From the NCBI RefSeq assembly GCF_009914755.1, contig NC_060938.1: DNA of 64,000 nt; one strand, written 5' to 3'. Positions 1 to 13,672 of this stretch are shown here, piece by piece. Numbering within the stretch: position 1 is the first letter of the stretch; every line of letters begins with the position of its first letter. The notes under the pieces are model-generated. The model saw only the letters and a program-made list of their open reading frames with translations, was not told where the DNA came from and did no database searches. The DNA comes from the human T2T-CHM13v2.0 reference genome, Homo sapiens. The position numbers were made by a program, and so were the translations under genes.

Positions 1-365
1 GTCGGTAGGGCCAGATAAGGAAATAAAAGCAGGCCACCTGAGCCAGCAGCGGCATCCTGGTGGGTCTCCTTCCACACTGTGGAAGCTTTGTTCTTTCACT
101 CTTTACAATAAATCTTGCTGCTACTCACTCTTAGGGTCTGTGCCGCCTTTATGAGCTGTAACACTCACCGCGAAGGTCTGCAGCTTCACTCCTGAAGCCA
201 GCCAGACCACGAATCCACCAGAAGGAAGAAACTCTGAACACGTCCGAACATCGGAAGGAACAAACTCCAGATACACCATCTTTAAGAACTGTAACACTCA
301 CCGCGAGGGTCCACGGCTTCATTCTTGAAGTCAGCGAGACCAAGAGCCCACCAATTCTGGACACA
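1..365 (+). mobile_element. ERV9 LTR (LTR12 family), 3' part (end of U3, R, U5); continues left of the window
   Basis: GGGCCAGATAAGGAAATAAAAGCAGG TATA-like box, AATAAA at 107-112, duplicated U5 motif CTGTAACACTCACCGCGA (156 and 289), LTR12-type end CCAATTCTGGACACA. Confidence 0.92.
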
Positions 366-374
366 CTTCGAGTA

Positions 375-560
375 GTGTGGTTGGAGAAGGTCCTTGGGAG
401 AAGACAACATCACACCTGAAATAAGAGAGATTAGAAGGAGCCAGTGATAACAGACCTGGAAGAAGGGAATTCAGGACAGAGGGAGCAGAAGGCTCTAACG
501 TGGAAACAAGAAGGCCAGAGTACCCAGAGCAGAATGAGAAGGGGAAAATCAGGAAGGAAC
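375..560 (-). mobile_element. Degraded L2 fragment
   Basis: Purine-rich L2-like tract (GAAGGAGCCAG...AAGGGAATTCAGGACAGAGGGAGCAG...AAGAAGGCCAG). Confidence 0.5.
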
Positions 561-699
561 CATATGTGGTTGTTCACTGAGAGCAATCATTGACAGTCTC
601 ACCCATGTTCTACAAAATTTCACTTCATGATTAAAACAAATTATATCTCTGTCTTTGCCTAAGACGTGTATTAAATAACAGCAATACAAATAATAAACA

Positions 700-1150
700 T
701 ATTAAGTCCATTCTGTGTTCTAGTCACAATATTAAGTATTTTATATATATTATTTAATCTTCACATTACTGCTAAGAAGCAGTGATAAAACCAAGATTTT
801 AAAATATTAACCAATTTCTCAAGACTAAACACAGCTAGTAAGTTGCACGACCTGGATCAATTCTCCATTGGCTTGTTTCCAAAGCCACAGGTTTACTTTA
901 ACATATACAGCTTTTATAGCACGAACATTGTGTTCTATGTGTCCGTCATTAAATTGGGTATTTTACACACATTATCTTAATATATAAAACAATTATATGC
1001 AGCAGATGTTATTACCATGATACTGCAAATAAGAAAACTGAGAAATAGAACATTCAAGGGATTTGCTCACAGCCAAATAATAGTAATTGGCAGTGTTAGG
1101 ATTTAGACTGATTTCTGTGTGATCTGTAGTCCATTCTGTTCAACACTACA
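700..1150 (-). mobile_element. Two adjacent degraded MIR SINEs
   Basis: MIR core remnants: ACACAGCTAGTAAGT; AAGAAAACTGAGAAATAGAA...GATTTGCTCACAG...GGATTTAGAC. Confidence 0.55.
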
Positions 1151-2804
1151 TGTACCTGCCTTCCCGTGGTATCATTGCCCCAGTTCTGAAACCTAGGTCT
1201 AGGTCGCAGGAGAACTAGCTTGATAAGGATGGGCTTTAGAGCCAAAATTTAAGCCATGCTTTGTCTTATCTGCATAATTTTATGTTCCCAGTCAGGTAAA
1301 ACCTTACCCATTTATCTTTATTTCCTATCAAATGCAGACTTCCCTATGAGCTGTTGCTTGGTAAGTTCCAACCCAATATGATGTCACCACTGGGTGGACC
1401 TCTATGGCACCTGTCTCACTCTGCCTTGGTTCCAGTTATTTTTGTATATGCTTCATTGATTATTTCTACTCACTTCCCAGAAATGTTCCCTTTCCCTGAG
1501 AAATGGAGTTGTATCTCCCTCATTGATGCATCCTCTGTAACATCTAGCTGTTTAATGTGTCACTCAGAATAAGTGCTCAATAAATATTTATCAAAGTAGC
1601 TGATGTCTAGGAAGCAAACCACCTCTTCTGTTCTGCTCTTGGATTCAAGAACTTAAGAGGATTTTGTTGGAAATCCACAAAGAATATTTTAAACGAGACA
1701 CATAATAAGACTCTCTTTTGAGATGAGAGAAACCAACAACAGCAAAAGATGGGTGGTAACAGAACGGTGCTGTTTGCTGCCAGCTGATGTTCTTCTTGCC
1801 TCCTGGAAAGATAGAGCCAGAAGTCTTCCATCACTTCTTGGGATGAGCCAACTGGCCTGTTTTAACCTATATTACTTGAGTTTTGGCTACCAAAACTCTA
1901 AGCATTCACATGGGCCCCCACGAAGCTCTGCCATCTGACCCTTTCAGCACCTTCAACTCTATCCAGTCTCACTCCTGCTGTACTAACAAACATTCCATAA
2001 ACACAAAACCAAAACCACTTAAAAAAAAAAACTTAGGCTGTCCCTACAACTTTTGCTATCCTCACGAAAGAGTGTTACTCCAGTGAGACAAAAGTCCATC
2101 ACAAGAAATGATTTTTCTACGGAAACAGCTGTGATTGGAGCAAGATACAAGGTAAAACATGTTGTGGTCAAGTTCAAGGAGAAAACAGGGTGGCTAGCCC
2201 TAGCAATCCTACTGGTGGACTTACTTCTGCACACTTCATGCTACTATCTATCCTGTGTTGTCTAAGGCTATATAATGTCGAGAGACGGGCTAGTCCAGGA
2301 ATCATGACAGCAAATGAGGGAGAGAGAGAGAGAGAGGAGACAGAGAGATGGCTCTTGCAACCTTTCCAATAGCTTTTGATAGGTTACGTATGGAAAAAGC
2401 CTCATATTGACATCAGGTTTACTTAGGTTCAAGTGAAAATAATGTCTTTAAAATAAATTATCTCTTTTGATGAAGGAAGTCCTTTTTGTTTTTTGATACC
2501 ATGTTGCTTTTGGGAAAACATGCCTGAAAGTAGGCAAGTTTCTCTAAAGCAAGACCTGTAAAACTCACAGAAACATAAAGTTGACTTGATCATGCCCATT
2601 TTATAAATAAAGGAATGGAGACTCAAAGCGGTTAAGGGACATGTCTGCAGTATTTTACCCGTGAGCTATATGCCCTCTGGGTTTCTCCTCATCCATCTGC
2701 CCCCAACAACTATGCTCTTTCCTCTTTCCTTTACTGTTTCTGGGCATATCAAAGCCAAACTTAACAGCACCAATTTCACATTAAACAAAAGAAGAGGAAC
2801 CTAC

Positions 2805-2994
2805 TGACCAACCTTTCCCCATCGCCACCACGTCTAGCCTCGCCAGACTCTGGTAATCATTACACTACTCTGTAATTCTAAGATCGACCTTTTTAGATTC
2901 CATATATGAGTGAGATCTTGAGGTATTTGTCCGTCTGTGTTTGGTTTATTTCATTTAACATAATGCTCTCTAGGTTTACCTTTGCTGCAAATGA
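2805..2994 (-). mobile_element. L1MA 3'UTR fragment, inverted 5' segment
   Basis: TTTTTAGATTCCATATATGAGTGAGATC...TTTCATTTAACATAATG is antisense L1MA 3'UTR. Confidence 0.8.
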
Positions 2995-3240
2995 TGTTCT
3001 GGTGTTCTGTTGCACAGTAGGGTAACTAGAGTTAACAATAATATATTGTGTCATTCAAAATAGCTAGAAGAGAGAATTTTGAATATTCTCACCACAAAGA
3101 AATGACAAGTGTTAGAGGTGATAGATATGCTAATTGCCCAGATTTGATCATTATACAATATACACAGGTATGGAAACATCACATTGTACCCCATAAGTAT
3201 GCACAATGATTATGTGTCAATTAAAAACAAAATAAAACAT
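2995..3240 (+). mobile_element. L1MA 3' end with A-rich tail
   Basis: TGCACAGTAGGGTAACTAGAGTTAACAATAATATATTG...CACCACAAAGAAATGACAAGTG...TATGTGTCAATTAAAAA. Confidence 0.85.
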
Positions 3241-3448
3241 AAACAGGAGAGAAACATGAGCTAAAAAGAAAACCAGTAAGCAAATGCACTAGCTGAATCA
3301 GATCATTTTATGCCTCTTGATCGGACTTTGATGGTGGGAACATCAGGCTACAACTCTTGCCTGAATCCACAGACATGGAAGGCAAGAGAAATTATTTAAG
3401 CCTATGCAATCATCCAGGAATGGAAAGTGGGAATGGGGTTCACCAAAC

Positions 3449-4258
3449 GTACTAGTTTTCTAGGGCTGTTGTAACAAAGTGTCACAAACTGGGTGGCTTC
3501 AAACAAGACTTATTTTTTTCCTATTCTAAATGCTAGAAGTCTATAATAAAGCCAGGGCCACATTCCTGCTGAAGACTGTAGAATCCTTCCTTGCCTCTTC
3601 ATAGCTTCTGGTATGTGCCATCCACCTTTGGTGTTCCTTGGCTTGCAACTGCATCACTCTAATCTCTGCCTGTGTCATCAAATGGCGTTTTCCCTGTGTG
3701 TCTGTATTTGTCTGTTCTCATGCTGCTTTGAAGAAATACTGGAGACTGGATAATTCATAAAGGAAAGAGGTTTCATTGACTCGCAATTCCACATGGCTGG
3801 GAAGGCCTCAGGAAACTCAAAATCATGGTGGAAGGGGAAGCAAACACATCCTTCTTCACATGGAAGCAGGAGATAGAAGTGCAGACCAAAGGGGGGAAAT
3901 GGCCCTTATGGAACCATGAGATCTCATGAGAACTCACTATCATGAGAACAGCATGGGGGAAACTGCCACCAAGACCCAGTGACTCCTTACTGGGTCCCTC
4001 CCATGACATGTAGGGATTATGGGAACTACTATTCAAGATGAGATTTGGGTAGGGACAACCACATCACTGTCTGTCTTCACATGGTGTTTCTTTCTTCTTA
4101 TAGGAACACCAATCATTTTGAGTTAGGATGCATTCTAATGACATTATATTCGTTTGATTACATCTATAAAGATCCTATTTCCAACTAAGGCCACATTTGC
4201 AAGTACTAGGGATTAGGACTTCAACATATCTTTTTGGAGACACAATTTAACCCATAAC
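3449..4258 (-). mobile_element. MLT1 (MLT1B/C-like) MaLR LTR, interrupted by a nested THE1/MST LTR
   Basis: AGGGCTGTTGTAACAAAGTGTCACAAACTGGGTGGCTT start; resumes at 4072 and ends GGACTTCAACATATCTTTTTGG...ACAATTTAACCCATAAC. Confidence 0.8.
3703..4066 (-). mobile_element. THE1D/MSTA-type MaLR solo LTR nested in MLT1
   Basis: TGTATTTGTCTGTTCTCATGCTGC...GGCCTCAGGAAACTC...GAGAACTCACTATCATGAGAACAGCATGGG...ACCACATCA; near-TSD GTGTC/CTGTC. Confidence 0.85.
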
Positions 4259-5059
4259 TCCATGTTATAACTGTACTTTTTCAGAATATCAGTACGATGG
4301 TGCCCCTAATCAACAAATATATTGTCACCAATATGCTGCAGTCTGGGAGAACATTCAGGGATTTAATTTTTCTGACACACAGACTGTGAGTTCTTTTGTT
4401 TTTTGTTTTTGTTTTTCTTTTTTTGTTTTCAGCACATCACACTCTGGCTGTCATTATCAGTTCCCCATAAACTGTGATAATTTTTGTGTCACATAGAGTG
4501 TTTAGGTTGGCCTCTGATGAAATGAAGCCCAAGTACTTGCTCTTCCAGGCACCTAACCCAGGGCAAAAACACAGAGACCTAAATGCCTTCTCTCAGATTA
4601 TTTTTTTATTATATTTCCAGTGAGCAGAAACATTACAGATGTGAGACTTGTTCTAGAAATCAGAGTATTTCCCCAGGGAAGCATTATCACTGTTCAGATA
4701 TTACTAAGAAGTGTAAAATGCTGGAGGGCAATTGCATCCACACCGTCCTCTGCCCATCACTGCAAAGGGAGAAAGGAGAAGGCCATGGGGGGATGCAGCA
4801 AGACCCCAAGGTCTAGGCTCCTCTGCCAAAGGAGCATGGATGACCAATTTGGAAAGAACACTTGAGAACCTCTGCTCTGTCCTCTTCACTTCACTAGTGA
4901 GAAAGCTAAAGCTCAGAAAGGATAAATGACTTGACTAAGCTACTTATTGGAAGGTGGGTGATTAGGATGTAGCATAGGGGTAAGACTGTATAACCAGCTG
5001 ACACTGCTTTAAATGATAAAGCATTGAGTTGTTTTGTTTTAATGGTACACAAGTCAAAA

Positions 5060-5275
5060 TTGTTCAAGGATTGAGAGTGGAGCCAGAAAGCCTGGGTGTA
5101 AATCCTGGCTCCTTCACTTACAAGCTGCGTGATTTGGGGCAAATCAGGTAACCCCTTCCTACTTCTGTTTCATTGTCTGTAAAATGGATATTATAATAAT
5201 GTTTACTTCATAGATTGATGTAAAGGTCAAATTCATAATATGCTAAAAGTTCTTGGAACATTGCCTTACACAGAT
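5060..5275 (+). mobile_element. MIR SINE
   Basis: GGAGCCAGAAAGCCTGGGTGTAAATCCTGGCTCCTTCACTTACAAGCTGCGTGATTTGGGGCAAATC...TGTAAAATGG. Confidence 0.8.
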
Positions 5276-5708
5276 CAAGTGTTAAAGAAGAATTGATATT
5301 ATTATTATTGTTATTGTTATTATTCTTATTATCCTTGAGTTCATAATCAGGGTGTCCTGAATATACTACACCCAGGAATGGAAGCCCCACCACATTGTAA
5401 AGACACATTCACTTCCCTTAAACCTCGGCATATTTGAGGTGGTTGTAGCAATAGTGGAGGGAGAGCAGCAAGGATGGACACAAAGCTTACAGTCACCCAG
5501 CAGTGTAGGAAAGGGGGGAATCCTGCACACACTCCCAGACATGGTGGAGGTCCTCAATCACTGCAGAGAAGACTGTTGTGGGAATGACAGCAAACATGTA
5601 GCTCATCAAGAAAATCAGCTGACTTATTAGTTCTTCTGGATCTGGTTGGAGTCCCTGACCCCAGAGCTAAATTATAAAGGTTATTTTGTTGTAATTTTGA
5701 TGCTCTAA

Positions 5709-6073
<365 letters not shown>

Positions 6074-7264
6074 TTATAAAGTTCCTCCTATATTATACGT
6101 GCCCATACCTCTATACTAGTTTTTCTCTCTTAAAGCTACATTGCCATCTCTTGTATTATCCGTGCATTTGTCACCTGCCACTTGTCCCCCATGCCCCTCC
6201 TTTCTAGCCTGTGGTTTATAACATGCTGTAAGTCTGGAAACCAAATAATCATGTTTATTAGACTTGTATGTAAATCGAACCTAATGCTCCTTTCCTTTGT
6301 TGTTGTTTTCCTTGATTATGTGGTCTTTTAAAAGAGTAAAATTTGAACTAGGATTTATGAAATCTAGGTTTAAGTTTGAGTTCTTTTTCTACTTATGTGA
6401 TCTTATTCGAGTCTCCTGACTTCTTTGGATAAAGCCCAAAACACCATTTTACAGGTGAGAAAACTGACAGAGTGACGTATGAGTAGAACAGAGGAGAAAA
6501 GGAATTGAAAATTCAGGTCTGTCAAACTGTAATACCCAGGTTCTTTCTGTTTGATAACACCGTTTTCAAATGTTGAGAATGACTAAAGAAAGATATAGAA
6601 ATTTGTAATGATTAGGTATTTATACATTCTCAATAATGAATTTTGGTATAAAAACATATTTTTTTATCTAACTATATTTTTCATGCAGTCATTTCAGTCA
6701 GTATCACCATCTAGGTTTCCTCTAGGGACCACATATCAATGACTCTTAAAATCACTGTTGTGCAAGGTGAGTGGGAAAGGAACAGGATGGTAGAGTTTGG
6801 ATTGGGGAACAGACTTTGAGCACTGAACAGCAGGCAGCATTGCTGTTGGCAGAGTAACGGAGAAGGCGCTGAGGCTTACCCATGCCATCATGGCAAAAAA
6901 TAGCACGGAAACAGCTGGTGAGCTGTCAGAATGATCTTAAGGAGGAAATGTGAAATGTTTCTGCTTGGTGCATTAATCGAGAGTTATTTGGACAGAACTG
7001 AATTGCCAGGGGAGGAACAAGCAAGGTGGTAACTCACCCTTCCCTGCCCTTTCATCTCTCTGTAATACGGTTCTATGTCATGGGCCTCCTTCACATACAC
7101 ACTCCCCCAGTTGTCCATTACTCCCACCCTCTCCGTCTTACCCACACCTAGAGATATGTGTGCACACATCCAAAGAGATAACAGAAAAAAAATCCATTTG
7201 AAATGCTTACAGATATTTCAAGACAAAATTTAAAGAGATATTGGACAGATTAGCAATTATGACT

Positions 7265-7473
7265 TTTTTAAACTTTTATTTTAGGTTCATGTGAAGTTTT
7301 GATATATAGGTAAACTCATGTCACTGGGCTTTGCTCTACAGATATTTTATCACCTGTGTATGTAAGCCTTGTACCCAATAGTTATTTTTTTCTGCTCCTC
7401 TCCTTCCTCCTACCCTCTACCCTCAAGTAGACCTCAGTGTCTGTTGTTCCTTTCTTTGTGTTGATGAGTTCTC
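7265..7473 (-). mobile_element. Old primate L1 (L1PA13-16/L1PB-like) 3' end
   Basis: TTTAAACTTTTATTTTAGGTTC...ATAGGTAAACTCATGTCA...GTACCCAATAGTTATTTTTTTCTGCTCCTCTCC. Confidence 0.85.
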
Positions 7474-9052
7474 TAGAAATCTTTGTGATTAGTTGTAGTT
7501 GAGTACTAATGTGGCTTTGTTTTTTTTTTCATGGAGTTGTTTAAATATGTGTCCTGATTAATTTTTGTTAACTGTTATACTAAGACTTTTCACCATCAAT
7601 GAATTCAGTGAAGGGTTGAAGGGAAGAAGTGCAGGAAAGGAGAACACACAAATGAGAATGTCAGTCTTGACTGCTGGGTGAACTTTTTTTCGCTGTAGAA
7701 GATGAAACAAATTGAGGGCCAACCTCTTGAATCAAATTGCAAAGTAACTTTCTGCTGGGAACAGTTTGAGTAACCCGAAGTAGCTAAGGTCATAAATATT
7801 TTTACAGGTGGCTAAGGAAAGAGCATTTGCAGCCATGGAATCAGGTGTTGTTATTTTGGGTGTGACCTTGAATAGAGGCTGCTAACTTTTGGCTTCTGTT
7901 TCCGATAATAAATCTCCCTCCTCCCCACCCCCACCATCAGCCCCAAGGAAAGATGAATGACTCAGGTGCTTCAGAGACTTCCCAAGAAGTGGTTTCAGTA
8001 TATGCAGCAAGTGGACATTTAGAATGGCACAGTTATCCATATAGGAATATTGTTGAGGCAGTTCATCTTGTTGTCCCTATAGTGTAATTCTTTGGAGTAG
8101 AAAGCAAAGAGCAATAATTTGTCCAATAAATGAAATAAGGAAATGAAGAGAAAATTTACATAAGCCAGGGAGGCCAACTTAATTTTCTAAAGTAGTGAAT
8201 TGACTTTTTTTCCTTGGATTTTGAAATAAATGGCAATAAATCCAGTTGTGGGGTAGAGTTCTTTGCTTTCAGTGATAGCTTAGGAACATTCTGCAGATTG
8301 TTAGGATTGCTTGTATGTGGTTTTAAATGAATGAAGCTGTTTCTATACAGCTATTTTCAGAAATTCTATGATCTAAATGTTTTAGATTCAGGCAAATAAA
8401 TACATATCTATATTGGGAGATAAGGTTTTTGCTCAAACAAGCAATGAGTAGTTTTCCCATTCCTAATGTCCACACTATCTTGACCACTACCAAGAAACAC
8501 TTTTTGCACCATGATGTGCAAACCATGTATTTCTTATCATCTTGATGCTGTTGCTCATTTTGCTTAAGTTTTAAAGATTTGGCCTTTCTCTTTTTATGTT
8601 GATTACCAAGAGTGTCTTTGCAAAGTCCTGTATGCAGTACTCAAAGTATGTCCATGCCATTTAGCTCCTATAAAGAAAACAAGTTTTTAGCCTTCCTAGG
8701 AAATTAAGTTTCCTACAAAATATATGCTCTTCAAAAGCTCTCTCGGCTTCATTTCAAGCATGGAAAGCTTGCTGGTGACTTTTGTTCTACTTGATACGGC
8801 ATATCCATTCTTGAGTGAGGCTGAGTACAAACAGCATTATCCTGATGTAAAGGAAACAAAAATAATTCTAACCACTAATTAACTAACAGCAAAGAGACTG
8901 ATAGTCTTAAATGGAAAGAATACTTCCATGGTCTAGTTTCTAGAGAACACTACCAGGGGCTTGAAGGTAAGTAGCCTCTACTGGAGGCTAAGGGAAGCTA
9001 AACACTTAAGTTTTCTTCTATATTATCAGTTGCTGTTTAGAATAAATTATAA

Positions 9053-9351
<299 letters not shown>

Positions 9352-9466
9352 TCTTCTTTACTATAGAGTAAAAGTTGCATGGTCGTTTTCTTGCATTTGG
9401 GTCACAGCTTCAGAAGGTTATTACCAATCAGAAAAAGGTTTTGAGTCTTTTATTTCCTAAAACTGA

Positions 9467-9745
9467 GTGTATTCGTTATTGTCTAATGACACAGCATAAC
9501 AAACCACTGAAATTCAGTGGCTTATCATACCAAATATTTACGCCCATGTTTACAGGCCTGCAGGTTGACTGAAATTTGGCTTGTCTCCGCTGGGCTCAGC
9601 ATGTTGGCTCTCCTTTGGACTGCAGGTCAGCTAGGATTGGCTCCAGGCTGGGATTAGGTTCAGATATGCTCCATGCATGTTTTTTTCTGGGGCTCAAACT
9701 GAAGGGACAGTGTCTATCCAGGGCTTAGTCTTTCATGGTACATTT
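9467..9745 (-). mobile_element. Old MLT1 (J/K-like) LTR fragment
   Basis: CATAACAAACCACTGAAATTCAGTGGCTT...GGTTCAGATATGCTCCATG...GGGGCTCAAACTGAAGGG. Confidence 0.6.
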
Positions 9746-10229
9746 CTGCAGCACACAAAGGCTCCCTCCAAATGCAGCAATTCCTTCCTCAGCGGTAGTA
9801 GTCCAGACAGAAACAGTTTTGGTGGTTGCTTGAGTTCTCCCAGTTGTTCTCCTGTCATTTTGCAGGTCAATCTGCTTCATTGTAGGAACATTCTACTGGA
9901 GAAAAAAGTCTATCATTATTCAAAATATCCCTCCTTATGCATACTTCCCACTGCTTAGATGTCTATACTCAGAAAAGTTACTATGTGGTTTTTCTTTATG
10001 GGACAATACTGCGTGATTGTGGCGTTCACATTTCTCCCTCCAAGTCCTTGCTTTTCTAGTTTCTGTAATCATTCCTCAGGTGACATAAAAGTATTTTCCG
10101 AAGTTTTGCCATTTTCATCACACAATATTGTGGACAAATTAAAGCCTATTGATGACTTTATTAAAGCAGGGTATTTACCACAAATTAGGATTCTCTGCAT
10201 TTTGCCTGACTCCTGCAGAGCACAGAGAC

Positions 10230-11200
10230 CATTCTTGTCTCCAATAGCAACACTCTTCTATTAATCAATCAAGAGCTGACATGAATGTTTTTATAGAGAT
10301 TCTGTTCCACTTAGCGATCCTATTGAACCCCTGGCCATGTGGTATCCCCACAGCTCTTCTTCTGAAATCCCATTTTGACCAAGCCATCCAAATTATACAC
10401 TTAGACTGTAATTGTTTCTTTTCCATAAATGAATTTACATTCATCTTAATTCACATTCGTTGAGATTTTTTCTCTGTTTCCAAGTCTCTTCACAGCATTT
10501 GTATTCTGTCATTCAATACATTTCCTCCAATACATCATATCACATTCATATGCAATATGAATGAACTTGTAACAATATCTCTCTTTTTTTTTAATTCAAG
10601 CCACTGATACAAATATTGACCAGGTAGGTTGTAAAGGACATGGTTCTGTGGCCAGCCCTGCAAGATCTCCTTATCTGTTTGTTTAGTACACCATGTATAT
10701 AATGTGTAAGCCTGCCTCAGTTTTCTTCATGGTGGCCTCAGAGATATCACTGAAGACCTATCTGATGCTTTGCTGTGATTTTTATTCCCTGTTCACGCCA
10801 TTCTCCTGATTTCCTGTATAGTAACTATATTCTCAAGAAGATGAGATTAGTTTGATGTGACTATTCTTTGTGAAGCTGTACTAGCTAATTGCATTTCCTC
10901 TTAGTTTCTAAAACCCAGAGGTCCCAAAGTCAAATGCTTTGCAGCCAGGCAAGTAACAAATGTCTGGGTCAGAAGCTGGGTATTATTCGTCATTTCATGA
11001 ACAGAAATATATATCCTCTGAGTAGAAGACTCTGCCAGCAGAACAAAATTCTTCTGTTAGCTAATTTCACTAGCCATCATATGATTTAGCTTCTGAAGCA
11101 GCTTGCTGCTCTGTTATTCGTGTGAACTCATATCCTTTCTCATTTGGAAAGTCAAGACCACATGGGTACACCTCTTATCACAAGCTTCGTAGAGACCACA
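10230..11200 (-). mobile_element. CR1/L3 LINE reverse-transcriptase remnant
   Basis: Minus strand shows decayed GCTTCACAAAGAATAGTCACATCAAACTAATCTCATC (cf. CR1 GFTK..SC.TNLI) followed by a ..SKA.D.V-like segment near 10757-10780. Confidence 0.6.
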
Positions 11201-11569
11201 AAGATGCCACTTTAGTCCCAACTCACTAAATCTCCTCTACAATGTCTCTAAAAATTATCCAATAGTGTTTTTTAAAATATATATCAAATTATGCTATCTC
11301 ACCACATCACAGTATAGCTGCTACTATTCCTCCTGTCTTCCTGTCTCAGAGGAAAAATTTGCTTATCACCTTCCACAGTTGAGTCTACCTAGGTCCTTGG
11401 CCTCCTGCCCTTTTATCTTTTCTGAGATCTCATGCCATCTGTTACCTCATCTCTATTTTATCTGTTATAATTCCTCTCTTCTGCTTCTTCCCCAGCTGCT
11501 CAGAACATACTGAAATATATGTAAGATTTTGGGTTTTTTTTCTGGTCATTTTGCTCAATGACTTCCTAA

Positions 11570-12090
11570 TACCAACTGAAGAGAGTTTATATTTCTTAAT
11601 ACAACATTGAAAGCTTAACATGATTTGGCCTCAACCTACCTTTTTTTATCCAGTAAAATTCATTTCTCTCTAATGTATACTATATTCCATCCAAACTAAC
11701 CCACTGATTAGACTTCATTTTCCTTTTAATTACTGCTTTTTGCTGTGCTGGTCCCACTGCTTAGAATGTTATTTCCTCAACCTTATTTCTGTTTCCTACA
11801 TTTGTTGAAATCCTAGATGTCCTTCAGAACCCAGCCTCTGAGTCACCTCTTGCAGGAAGCCTTCCTTGCTTTCCCTAGCAGAACAACAATTTCTACTGAA
11901 ACCCTGTTGAATTTTGTCTCCATTATTGCCTTTACCACCTTCTATGTTTTGACAGCTATTTTGACTATGTCTTATCTACCCAATTGTAAACTTAATGAAT
12001 ACCCACACTGTATCCTATTTATCTTTATATCTTTAGATTGCAACACAATTCTTTGCACATAGTGTGTGCCAAAAAATCTCTATTGATTGA
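11570..12090 (+). mobile_element. L2 3' region
   Basis: TCCTTCAG...CACCTCTTGCAGGAAGCCTTCC...AATTGTAAACTTAATGA...TTTGCACATAGT...TATTGATTGA. Confidence 0.7.
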
Positions 12091-12834
12091 TGGTGCAATT
12101 CTGATATTTATTAATAATGATCAATCTAAGTATTTATCCAAATCAACCCAATGCCCTATATTTTGGGACAATTACCCTTGAGATTTTTATAAACCAAATT
12201 CACCCCATGTAAACAGATGAAATTAACCTTAATTTTTATCTGATGTGTAATGGCTAATTGGCTAAATTTCTTTCATAAATATTACATATGTACTATTTTT
12301 TATCTCTATAAGTATTCTAGTTTGTCTAGATGAAGAAACAGAGGCTAAAAATAGTTAAACAAAAAATTACCTGTTTCAGAGCTTGAAAGCCAGATCTGTC
12401 CATGGAAATCTCCTGAGAGAAGAAGGTTTGGGGATGCATATAATGAGAGCAGAGAACTGGATAAAGAGATGTCTGGATCTATTTTTGGCTGTTGTTTAGA
12501 TTTACTTTGTGACTGAAGGAAGTTTATCTGAGGCTTTCCCATTTGTAAAACTGAGATTCATATACAACTGTGCAAAATATGTGTCCCTTTACTTACCTCC
12601 CTCTAAGAGATTAATGAGATGATACTCAAGAAGCACTTTGATTTTCTCTGATGAAAGAAATGGATAAGTATGAAATGAAGCATTTACTACTTCTATCGAA
12701 GGTTTTTAAGATGGCAGCCTTTAAAAATTATCAAAGTGAAAGCTAAAGGAAGAAACAGCCGTGTACATTTTAAATCAAGTCAATAATTATTGTAGTGCAC
12801 CTAATGATTCTCTGATATGTGTTTTGTGCATTAA

Positions 12835-13050
12835 AATTTACCAAGCACTTTTACATATATTATCTCATTTGATCCACAAAACTATCCTGTGAAGTATGTA
12901 GGCTAGGTGGTTTCATTACCATTTTTGAAATAAGAAAACTAATACTCAGGCCAAATGACTTGGTCACTGCTGCTCGACTCATGTGAAACAGTCCAGGGTT
13001 AAACTCAAGTTTCCTGGATTCCAAATCCCAATTCAGGTATCTTGCATTTC
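12835..13050 (-). mobile_element. MIR SINE
   Basis: AAGCACTTTTACATATATTATCTCATTTGATCCACAAAACTATCCTGTGAAGTA...AAGAAAACT...AAATGACTTGG. Confidence 0.8.
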
Positions 13051-13401
13051 TGTCCACTTGTTAACATCATAGCATGCACATTGGACCATCTCCTCTGTGT
13101 TCACTTACATTCTATCCATGTTCAGGATTGAGTTTAAATCCCATTTCTGCTCTTAAGACTTCCCTTATCACTTTAACTGAAAGGCAGACTTTCTTATTCC
13201 ATATTTTTTTTGTCCTTAAATATATTGTTTCCTGGAGGTCTTTCTAGTGAGTTGGATTTCCTGTATTCCATTCTTCCTTAAAATAAGCCTTTGGAATTCA
13301 GCCCAGCTTCCACACTTCTTGATAGCTGCCACCATCCATTTCATTCCTGGGACTGAGCCTCAGCACAAGGATTATTTAAAAGTTAAAAATAGTTGTATTC
13401 A

Positions 13402-13672
13402 TAATCCCAGCATTTTGGGAGGCCGAGGTAGGTAGATCACCTGAGGTCAGGAGTTCGAGAACAGCCTGGCCAACATGGTGAAACCCCATCTCTACTAAAA
13501 ATACAAAAATCAGCCGGGTGTGGTGGCAGACACCTGTAATCCCAGCTACTCGGGAGGCTAAGGCAGGAGAATCACTAGAATTCAGGAGGCAGGGGTTGCA
13601 GTGAGTTGAGATGCGCCACTGCACTCCAGCTTGGGTGACAGAATGAGACTCTGTCTCAAAAAAAAAAAAAAA
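13402..13672 (+). mobile_element. AluSx-like, about 25 nt 5'-truncated
   Basis: TAATCCCAGCATTTTGGGAGGCCGAGG...CACCTGAGGTCAGGAG...GAGACTCTGTCTC plus poly-A tail. Confidence 0.95.

Noticed and set aside
6445-6470. TTTTACAG|GTGAGA as a recursive splice site
   Set aside because: Part of the ordinary MIR core consensus with a very short pyrimidine tract
12345-12354. Perfect MEF2 site CTAAAAATAG and scattered AP-1 TGASTCA / E-box motifs across the window
   Set aside because: Isolated short motifs are expected by chance in 64 kb of AT-rich DNA; an enhancer cannot be called without chromatin or conservation data
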